DNA from: Alphaproteobacteria bacterium
GTDB lineage: Bacteria; Pseudomonadota; Alphaproteobacteria; MPNO01
Reading direction: 5' to 3'
NCBI GenBank assembly: GCA_965205995.1
Contig: OZ242200.1
Location: 2,073,071 to 2,137,070 of the forward strand
Length of the DNA stretch: 64,000 nt
The position numbers and the translations under genes were made by a program. Positions 19,854-27,783 of this stretch are shown piece after piece; position 1 is the first letter of the stretch, and every line of letters begins with the position of its first letter. The notes beneath the pieces are model-generated. The model was not told the DNA's origin, searched no databases, and saw only the letters and a program-made list of their open reading frames with translations.

Positions 19854-20654
19854 ATGGAACAGCGGACACTACGCCGGATACTTTCGACCGTCCTCGTCGC
19901 CGCGCCGGTCGCTTTCGCCGCGCCGGTCGCCGGGGCCGCCCCGCAGGTGCTGGCGCTGTTCTCGACCGACCGGCCGGTCGCGCTCGCCTGCGCGGGCGGG
20001 ACCTGCCGCGCCGAGTTGCCGACGCTCTGCCTCCAGCCGGGACGGCGCGCGCCGCAGCCCGGCCGGTCCTACCGCCTGGCCGAAGGGCAGTCGCTCACCC
20101 TCGTCGGGCGCACTACCGGCCGGGAGACCGTGTCGATCGCGCTCGGCGGGGAGACGGCCGTCGCCGCCGCCCGCACCCATGTCGCAATGGAGGTGTCGAT
20201 CCCGCGCGCGCTCCTCGACCGCCACGGGCTGGAAGATGCGGCCATCGCCGTCGGCGATAACGTCTCCGCCATCCCGCTGGCCTCAGCGGAGGATGCGCGC
20301 CCGCAGACCGCCGGCGAGATCGCCCGGGCGGCGGGCGAAAGCCGGCGCCTGGCGACCGCGATCGTCGACCGCGATCCCGACCGGATGCCGGCGGTGCGGC
20401 TGATGACCCGGATCTCCAACGCGCCTGGTCCCGGGAACAACGACGCCGCGTGGGCGTCGATGGTTTCCGAAGCGAAGGAGGACGGGGTCTCCGCCGCCGC
20501 CATCGGCTTCGCGCGGTTCAGCTACGACCTCTGCAAGTTCAAGACCGCGAACCGCATCGTCGCCTCGTTCAGGCAATGCCTGCGCGGGCTGAGCGACGAT
20601 TCGATGGAATTCCTGAACGCCGACCTCGAACCGGCGCTCGGTTCGGGCAGCTAG
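19854..20654 (+). CDS. secreted hypothetical protein (signal peptide LSTVLVAAPVAFAAPVAGAAP), no recognisable family
   Basis: GGGAGGG SD 6 nt before ATG 19854, unbiased composition, several Cys (CAGGTC..C). Confidence 0.55.
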   Translation: MEQRTLRRILSTVLVAAPVAFAAPVAGAAPQVLALFSTDRPVALACAGGTCRAELPTLCLQPGRRAPQPGRSYRLAEGQSLTLVGRTTGRETVSIALGGETAVAAARTHVAMEVSIPRALLDRHGLEDAAIAVGDNVSAIPLASAEDARPQTAGEIARAAGESRRLATAIVDRDPDRMPAVRLMTRISNAPGPGNNDAAWASMVSEAKEDGVSAAAIGFARFSYDLCKFKTANRIVASFRQCLRGLSDDSMEFLNADLEPALGSGS

Positions 20655-21981
20655 GGCCGCCCCAGCGGCAAAGGCTGCTCGCCGAGCATCGCGCTGACGA
20701 CGACTTCGCGCACGCGCCCGGCGTCGAGCCCGTATTCTGCGATCATGTCGGCGCTGTCGGCGAGGATGGTGTCCGCGTCCTGCATGATCTTCAGCCGCTT
20801 GAACAGATCGGGGCGGGCGAGCCCCATGCTCTCTCCCACCAGCTCCATGAAATTGACCACCTCGAAGGGCCAGTCGCGCTCATGGGTGCAGAGCTCGCGG
20901 TGGCAGGCGTGGTAGATCCCGGCCAGCGCGTCGATTCCGGCCGCCTCCGCCGCCGCGAGCTGTTCGGCATGCACGTCCCGCTTGTAGTCGGGCAGCACCG
21001 AGAGGGTGTTGCACATATATCCGACGCGCGGCTGCGCGAGGTCCACGAATTCGAGCCCCGGGATCGCCCGCAAGACGGTCTCGGCGGCTTCCGCGATGCC
21101 GGCGACGCCGGGATGCTCGTGCAGCCCGACCCGCTTCTCGACCCGCCGCGTCATCAGCGGGCGCAGATCGTCGAGCCTGGATTCGAGCCAGAGCACGAAG
21201 GGGGTGAGATCGAAGGGCGAATCCCCGGCCTCCGCATGGGTCTCAAGCGCGGCTTCGCCGAGATGGACCTGGCAGCTCGGGCACCAGGACAGCACCTCGT
21301 CGACGCCGCTCTCGGCGAAGCGGTCGATGGTGCGCCCCGACAGATCGGCGAATTTTTCCAGATCGCCGGCGCGGAACTGGTAGACGCCGCAGCAATAGCT
21401 CGGCCCGCCGCGGACCACGTATCGAACCCCGAGCGCGTCCATCACGTCGAGGCAGAGGAGCGCGATATGCGGCGTCTTGAGGACGTTGCAGCCGGTATAG
21501 AAGACGGTCTCCGGGTTCTCCGGCTCGGGCGCGAGCGCATCGATCTGGCCCAGCCGCGCCAGCAGGTCGGGGGCGAGCTGGAGACGGGTGAGCGTTTGTA
21601 CGCCCTTGCTCATGGCGCCGAACTGCCGGCCGCCGCCGGTGCGCAAATCCCCGGGCGGGCTGGAGCTTTGAAGATCCGCGATGCGGGCAAGCGCCAGCAT
21701 GAAGCGCGGGTTGACGCCGTACTCGCAGGCCGGGATGCAGTGCCCGCTGCCGGTGCAGATCTCGGCCCAGCGGCGGGCCGTGTCCGGCCCCTCGCCGGTC
21801 CGGATCATCTCGATCACCCCGGCCGCCACCGATTCGGCGTCCGAAACGTCGAGCCCCGCAGGCCCCGGCATCGGGCAGACTTTCACGCATGCGCCGCATT
21901 TGGTGCAGGCATCGAGAATGCCGTCACGCCGCGCATCGAGCGCGGCGAAGAAATCCTGCGACCTGTCTGAACCGTCGGGCA
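20651..21981 (-). CDS. Fe-S oxidoreductase with 4Fe-4S dicluster and CCG domains (HdrD/GlpC-like)
   Basis: CTKCGACVKVCP and CIPACEYGVNP ferredoxin-type motifs followed by Cys-rich CCG repeats (YTGCNVL.., SYCCGV..., WCPSCQVH). Start taken at MPDGSD; the upstream part of the called ORF looks non-coding. Confidence 0.75.
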
Positions 21982-22028
21982 TGGGATCGAGATATCCAGT
22001 GTTCGACCGCCGAAGCCTAGAGGATAAC

Positions 22029-22045
22029 CGGTTCGGGCGGAACCG
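22029..22045. promoter_or_regulatory. inverted repeat CGGTTC-N5-GAACCG in the divergent promoter region between the Fe-S gene and the Rieske oxygenase operon
   Basis: Read directly. Candidate operator for a dimeric regulator. Confidence 0.3.
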
Positions 22046-22280
22046 TTCTCTCCCTCCGCCTCCCTTCGTCATATCGACCGGAGCCGCGCGGAGCGCGGCG
22101 GAGCGGAGATATTTGCCCGGCACAATGGCGCAACACCTGGGCTGGCAGATTTCTCCGCTTCGCTTCGCTCCGGTCGAAATGACGGTTGGGATCGGTGGCG
22201 ACCGGTCCCTCATCACGCCGCTGTCGACGCCGCGTCCGAAGCTGTGAAAATATAGGGTCCCCAATCGGGACGAACCTGGC

Positions 22281-23528
22281 ATGGCCGAAACCAAAACTCT
22301 CGTCGACTGGCCGGAGGAGGGCGTGGCGCGGGCGCCCTATGCGGTGTTCTCCGATCCGGCGATCTACGCGGCCGAGATGCGGCGCATCTTCCGTGGGCCG
22401 GTCTGGCACTATCTCGGCCTCGAAGCGGAGCTGCCGGAGCCCGGCTGCTACCGGCTGATCGATGTCGGCGACACGCCGGTGATCGTGCTCAGGAACCCGG
22501 ATGGCGGGATCAACGCGCTGGTCAACCGCTGCGCCCATAAGGGGACGATGCTGCTGTTCGAGCCCTTCGGCCGGGTCGAGCGGCTGATGTGCATCTATCA
22601 CAACTGGCGCTACGACCTCGACGGCTGCCTCAAGAGCGTGCCCTTCGCCAAGGGCATCAACGGCAAGGGCGGCATGCCGGGCTCGTTCAGGATGGAAGCG
22701 AACGGGCTGGACCGGCTGCGCGTCGAAAGCCTGGGCGGCATAATCTTCGGCACGTTCTCGGACGCCACGCCGCCGCTCGCCGCCTATATCGGCGACCGGC
22801 TGATGGCGAACTATCGCCGCATGACCGCCCGCCCCTTCAAGGTGCTCGGCTATTACAGCCAGTACCTCGATTCCAACTGGAAGCTCTATTTCGAGAACTC
22901 GAGCGATCCCTACCACGCGACGATCCTGCATGCCTGGGCGACGCGGTTGAAGCTCAACCGCTTCACCATGGAAGGCGCGATCGAGATGAGCGAGCAGGGC
23001 TGGCATCATCTGAGCTGGTCGAAGATGGCGACCGACCGGAACGGAGAAGTATACGAGACCGAGGCGTTCCGCAGCGGCGGCGGGGAATTCGATTCGTTCG
23101 GGCTCAACGACCCCTCGGTGATCGAGCAATGGGACGAGTTCGGCGACGGCATCACGACGGCGATCCAGACCGCCTTCCCCAATTTCGTCCTGCAGCAGAT
23201 CCACAACACCATCGCCACCCGCTATCTGGTGCCGCGCGGACCGGCGGGCTCGGAACTCGTCTGGACCGTGCTCGGCTACGCGGACGACGATGACCGGCAG
23301 ACCCGGATCCGGCTCAAGCAGGGCAATCTGATCGGGCCGGCGGGCTATATCTCGCTCGAGGACGGGATGGTCGGCGGGCTGGTGCAGAAGGGGATCGAAG
23401 GCGACAAGGACAAGTCCTCGGTGATGGAGATGGCCGGCCGGTCGGTCGAGACGATCGTCAACAGCCGCGCCTCCGAATGCGGCGTGCGCGGCTTCTGGAC
23501 CGCCTATCGCGCGCTGATGGGGGTCTGA
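22281..23528 (+). CDS. Rieske non-heme iron ring-hydroxylating oxygenase, alpha subunit
   Basis: CAHKG...CIYHNW Rieske motif, followed by catalytic domain. Confidence 0.9.
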   Translation: MAETKTLVDWPEEGVARAPYAVFSDPAIYAAEMRRIFRGPVWHYLGLEAELPEPGCYRLIDVGDTPVIVLRNPDGGINALVNRCAHKGTMLLFEPFGRVERLMCIYHNWRYDLDGCLKSVPFAKGINGKGGMPGSFRMEANGLDRLRVESLGGIIFGTFSDATPPLAAYIGDRLMANYRRMTARPFKVLGYYSQYLDSNWKLYFENSSDPYHATILHAWATRLKLNRFTMEGAIEMSEQGWHHLSWSKMATDRNGEVYETEAFRSGGGEFDSFGLNDPSVIEQWDEFGDGITTAIQTAFPNFVLQQIHNTIATRYLVPRGPAGSELVWTVLGYADDDDRQTRIRLKQGNLIGPAGYISLEDGMVGGLVQKGIEGDKDKSSVMEMAGRSVETIVNSRASECGVRGFWTAYRALMGV

Positions 23529-24016
23529 TGGCGACCCTGGTCGCGGATTCGGCGCATGTACCGGCGGCTATCGCCGCGCTGATGACCGAATATGTCCACG
23601 CGATCGACGACGACCGGCTGGAGGACTGGCCGGGTTTCTTCACCGATCCCTGCCTCTACCGGATCGCCACGCGCGACAACGAGGAACGCGGCCTGCCCGC
23701 CTCGCTCGTATTTTGCGACACCCGGGCGATGCTGCTCGACCGGGTGGTTTCGGTGCGCCATGCCAATGTGTTCGAGCCGCACCGCTACCGCCACATGGTG
23801 AGCGCGATCCGGGTCCTCGCATCCGACGGCGCGGAATACCGGGTGCAGTCGAACTATCTGGTGACCCGGACGATGCGCGACGGAACGATGGCTGTGTTCT
23901 CGACCGGCGCGTATCGGGACGTTATCGTGGTGGCCGAAGAAGGCGCTTTGTTCCGGGAACGCGTCGTCGTCTGCGACCACGGAATGATCAACAACCTGAT
24001 CGCGATCCCGATTTGA
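23528..24016 (+). CDS. ring-hydroxylating oxygenase beta subunit (SnoaL-like fold)
   Basis: 162 aa, ATG overlapping the alpha stop, with DDRLEDWPGFFTD..Y motif typical of RHO beta subunits. Confidence 0.8.
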   Translation: MATLVADSAHVPAAIAALMTEYVHAIDDDRLEDWPGFFTDPCLYRIATRDNEERGLPASLVFCDTRAMLLDRVVSVRHANVFEPHRYRHMVSAIRVLASDGAEYRVQSNYLVTRTMRDGTMAVFSTGAYRDVIVVAEEGALFRERVVVCDHGMINNLIAIPI

Positions 24017-24044
24017 GCGTGGACCGCCGGGTACGGAGGAAGAC

Positions 24045-25379
24045 ATGCGCAAGCATTTGATCTGCGGGACGCTGTTCGACGGTCTCGACGAGACCGCGAA
24101 AACCGACCAGACGATCGTCATCGACGACGACCGGATCGCCTATGCGGGGCCGTCCGCCGGGGCGCCGGACCAGAAGCCGGGCGAGCCGGTGATCGACCAC
24201 AGCGCCGAGTTTGCGATGCCGGGGCTGATCGACATCCACGTCCATCTGAGCTACGGCGACGCCCAGGCGAACGAGGACATCGACATCTATTCGCCGCCCG
24301 AATACCGGGCGCTGCGCGCGCTGCGGGCGGCGCAGACGGTGCTGAAGGCGGGCTACACCTCGATCGCCGACCCGGCCTCGACCGGGCGCACCACGGTGGG
24401 CGTCCGCGACGCGATCAACTCGGGCATGTTCGAGGGGCCGCGCATCACCACCTCGGGACGCCAGATCACCGCGCGCCAGGGGCTCGCCGACTGGTATCCG
24501 ACCTGGGTCGGCGTCCCGGAAAGCTCGGTCGGGGTGCTGGTGCGCAATACCGACGAGGCGATCGAAGAGATCCGCATGCAGGTCAAGGACCGGGTCGATT
24601 TCGTCAAGATCGCGCTCGACGGGCTGCACCGGAAGGATTCGGACGGCGAGCTGATGGCCTGCTTCAACCAGCGCGAGATGGACGCGATGGTCGAGGAGAG
24701 CCACCGCCTCGGGCGCAAGGTGATCGTCCATGCGCGCGGGCGGGAGGCGGTGCTGACCTCGGCCCGGGCCGGGGTCGACGTGATCTTCCACGCCTTCGAG
24801 ATGGACGACGAAGGGCTGGATGCGGTGCTGGAGAGCGGCGCGATCCTGTCGCCCGCGCTCACCTTCGTCGCCAACACGGTCGAGTTCACCCGGCCGTCCG
24901 ACCCCTGCTTCAAGTGGCGGCCGACCCAGAACCGGCGCGTCATCGACGATGCCTGCGAGATGCTGATCAAGGCGCGCGAGCGGGGCGTGCCCTTCATGGT
25001 GGGGACCGATTCGGGCTTCGCGATCACGCCCTACGGGGAGTGGCACGCCAAGGAGCTGGAGCTCATGGTCGACGAACTCGGCTTCACCCCGGGCGAGGCC
25101 CTCAAGGCGACGACCAGCGGCAATTCGGCGCTGCTGCGCGAGAGGGACGAGGTCGGCCGCCTGGGCCAGGGCGCCTATGCCGATATCACGGTGGTGGCGG
25201 GCGATCCGCTCAAGGACATCGCGGTGCTGCAGAACCGCGAGGCCATCCGGGCGGTCTATCGCGGCGGCGAGCCGGTCGACCTCACGCCGGAGCCGCGCGC
25301 GGCCGGCTATCAGTGGGAATACTCGTATCGGCAGTGGAACGACATCTACACGCGGGAGCGTGTCGCCGATCTCAACTGA
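24045..25379 (+). CDS. metal-dependent amidohydrolase (imidazolonepropionase/prolidase-like subgroup)
   Basis: GLIDIHVHLSYGD metal-binding motif, 444 aa. Confidence 0.85.
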   Translation: MRKHLICGTLFDGLDETAKTDQTIVIDDDRIAYAGPSAGAPDQKPGEPVIDHSAEFAMPGLIDIHVHLSYGDAQANEDIDIYSPPEYRALRALRAAQTVLKAGYTSIADPASTGRTTVGVRDAINSGMFEGPRITTSGRQITARQGLADWYPTWVGVPESSVGVLVRNTDEAIEEIRMQVKDRVDFVKIALDGLHRKDSDGELMACFNQREMDAMVEESHRLGRKVIVHARGREAVLTSARAGVDVIFHAFEMDDEGLDAVLESGAILSPALTFVANTVEFTRPSDPCFKWRPTQNRRVIDDACEMLIKARERGVPFMVGTDSGFAITPYGEWHAKELELMVDELGFTPGEALKATTSGNSALLRERDEVGRLGQGAYADITVVAGDPLKDIAVLQNREAIRAVYRGGEPVDLTPEPRAAGYQWEYSYRQWNDIYTRERVADLN

Positions 25380-27715
25380 TTCGCGGGCGTAACATCGAAC
25401 CGTTCAGGACAATCGGCCGGCCGGTCCGGCGCAAGGAAGATTCGCGCCTGCTCACCGGAAGGGGCCGCTTCAGCGACGACTTCGCCCTGCCCGGCCAGAC
25501 CCACGCGGCGATGGTTCGTTCGCCCCATCCCCACGCCCGGATCCTCTCGGTGGACAAGACGGCGGCCCTGGCCCTGCCCGGCGTTCTCGCCGTCTTCACG
25601 GGCGCCGACTGCGCGGCCGACGGGCTCCGCCCGCTCGACCACAGCCCGCTGCCGAAAACCCGGTTCGACCTCAAGCTGCACGGCCCCGGCGGCGGCGAGG
25701 TCTTCGTCGGCGACCATGCGCTGCTGCCGCTCGACAGGGTGCGCCATGTCGGCGAAGCCGTCGCCATGGCGGTCGCCGAGACCAGGGGCGCCGCGCAGGA
25801 TGCGGCTGAGGCGGTAGTCGTCGACTACGAGGAGCTGCCGGCGGTCACCGAGACCGCGGCCGCCGCCCGCCCAGGCGCACCGCTGATCTGGGACGACCGG
25901 CCGGACAATATCCTGGTCGAAACCTTCTTCGGCGACGAGGCCGGCACCGACGCCGCCTTCGCCGCGGCGACGCATGTCGTCGGCCGCCGTTTCGTCATCC
26001 CGCGGGTGACCGGCTGCCCGCTGGAGCCGCGCTCGGCGCTGGCCCAATACGATCCGGAGACCGGGCGCTACACCATCCATGCCGGCAGCGGCAGCGCGGT
26101 CCGCCAGAAGCGCGAGATCGCCGCCGTGCTGGGGGTGGAACCGGACCGGGTGCGCATCCACGCCTACGATGTCGGCGGCAATTTCGGCACCCGCAACCGC
26201 TGCTATGTCGAGTTCCCGCTGGCCGCCTGGTCATCGCGCAGGCTGGGGCGGCCGGTCAAGTGCACGGTCGAGCGCGGCGAAGCTTTGGTCAGCGACTACC
26301 AGGGCCGCGACCTGGTCACCGAGGTGACGCTGGCGTTCGACGCGGACGGCGCGATCCTCGGCCTGCGGGCGGAGAATCTGAGCAATGCCGGCGCGCGCTG
26401 CGTCTCGCTGTCGCCGCTGTCGAAGGGCTCGGGGATCGTCACCGGCTCCTACCGCGTGCCGGTCGCCTGGCTGCGGTCGCGCGCGACGTTTTCCAACACC
26501 CCGCCGACCAACGCCTATCGCAGCTCGGGCCGCCCGGAGTGCATCTTCGCCATCGAGCGGCTGATCGAGACCGCCGCGGAAGAGCTCGGGATCGACGCGG
26601 TCGAGCTGCGGCGCAGGAACCTGGTCGCACCGGAAGAGATGCCCTATTGCAACGCGGTCGGCGTGACCTATGACAGCGGCGAGTACGAAAAGAGCCTGGA
26701 CATGGCGCTCGGCCTCTCCGACCCGGACGGTTTCGGCGCGCGGAGGGAGGAGGCCGAGGCCCGCGGGCGGCTGCTGGGCCGGGGCGTCGCCCATTATGTC
26801 GAATCCTCGGTCGGCACGCCGGTGGAGCAGGCGCGCATGCGCGTCTTCGGCCAGGACCGCCGGGTCGATGTGGTGATCGGCACCCAGCCGAGCGGCCAGG
26901 GCCACGAGACCAGCTTCGCCCAGGTCGCCGCCGAACGCCTCGGCCTTCCGGTCGAGGATATCCGGATCGTCATGGGCGATACCGACATCGTGAAAATCGG
27001 CGGCGGGTCGCATTCGGGCCGCTCGATGCGGATGGCGGGAACCGTGATCGTCATGGCCGTCGATGCGTTGATCGAAGACGCGAAGCCAATTGCCGCCGGG
27101 CTCCTGGAAGCGGCGGAAATCGACATCGACTTCGCCGACGGCCGGTTCTCGGTCGCCGGCACCGACCGCGAAGCGACGCTCTACGAGGTCGCCGGGGCGG
27201 CCGAGGGAGGCGAGCTCCGCATCGTCGCCGATAACGAGATGCACACCCCGGTCTTTCCCAACGGATGCCATGTCTGCGAGCTGGAGCTCGATCCCGACAC
27301 CGGCACGATCGACATCGTCCGCTACGCGGCCGTGGACGATGTCGGCCGGGCGATCAACCCGCTGATCGTCGACGGGCAGACGCATGGCGGCATTGTCCAG
27401 GGGGTCGGCCAGGCCATGTGGGAGGTCTGCGTCAACGACCCCGAAAGCCAGCAGCCGCTCGCCGGCTCGTTCATGGACTACGCCCTGCCGCGCGCCGACC
27501 GGCTCCCGTTCTTCGCGACCGCGCTCAACGAAGTCCCCTCGCCCACCAACCCGCTCGGAATCAAGGCCGGCGGCGAGGGCGGCACCACCCCCGCGCTCGC
27601 GGTGATCGTCAACGCGATCCTCGACGCGCTCAAGCCGTTCGGCGTCGCCGACCTCACCATGCCGGCGACGCCGTTCCGGGTGTGGAGCGCGATCCGCGCC
27701 GCGCGGGGCGGTTAA
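25379..27715 (+). CDS. xanthine dehydrogenase / CoxL-family molybdopterin-binding subunit (molybdenum hydroxylase large subunit); start codon uncertain
   Basis: Conserved N-terminus GRPVRRKEDSRLLTGRGRF begins immediately at the upstream TGA, where only CTG/ATT are available as starts. AYRSSGRPE and GGGFG-type motifs. No CoxM/CoxS-type partner genes adjacent. Confidence 0.85.
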   Translation: MRGRNIEPFRTIGRPVRRKEDSRLLTGRGRFSDDFALPGQTHAAMVRSPHPHARILSVDKTAALALPGVLAVFTGADCAADGLRPLDHSPLPKTRFDLKLHGPGGGEVFVGDHALLPLDRVRHVGEAVAMAVAETRGAAQDAAEAVVVDYEELPAVTETAAAARPGAPLIWDDRPDNILVETFFGDEAGTDAAFAAATHVVGRRFVIPRVTGCPLEPRSALAQYDPETGRYTIHAGSGSAVRQKREIAAVLGVEPDRVRIHAYDVGGNFGTRNRCYVEFPLAAWSSRRLGRPVKCTVERGEALVSDYQGRDLVTEVTLAFDADGAILGLRAENLSNAGARCVSLSPLSKGSGIVTGSYRVPVAWLRSRATFSNTPPTNAYRSSGRPECIFAIERLIETAAEELGIDAVELRRRNLVAPEEMPYCNAVGVTYDSGEYEKSLDMALGLSDPDGFGARREEAEARGRLLGRGVAHYVESSVGTPVEQARMRVFGQDRRVDVVIGTQPSGQGHETSFAQVAAERLGLPVEDIRIVMGDTDIVKIGGGSHSGRSMRMAGTVIVMAVDALIEDAKPIAAGLLEAAEIDIDFADGRFSVAGTDREATLYEVAGAAEGGELRIVADNEMHTPVFPNGCHVCELELDPDTGTIDIVRYAAVDDVGRAINPLIVDGQTHGGIVQGVGQAMWEVCVNDPESQQPLAGSFMDYALPRADRLPFFATALNEVPSPTNPLGIKAGGEGGTTPALAVIVNAILDALKPFGVADLTMPATPFRVWSAIRAARGG

Positions 27716-27783
27716 ATGGGTTGGAATCGGGCGGCCGCGCGTGTAACGGTCCAACCCATCGTCGAAGCCAGGGGGACAAAACC

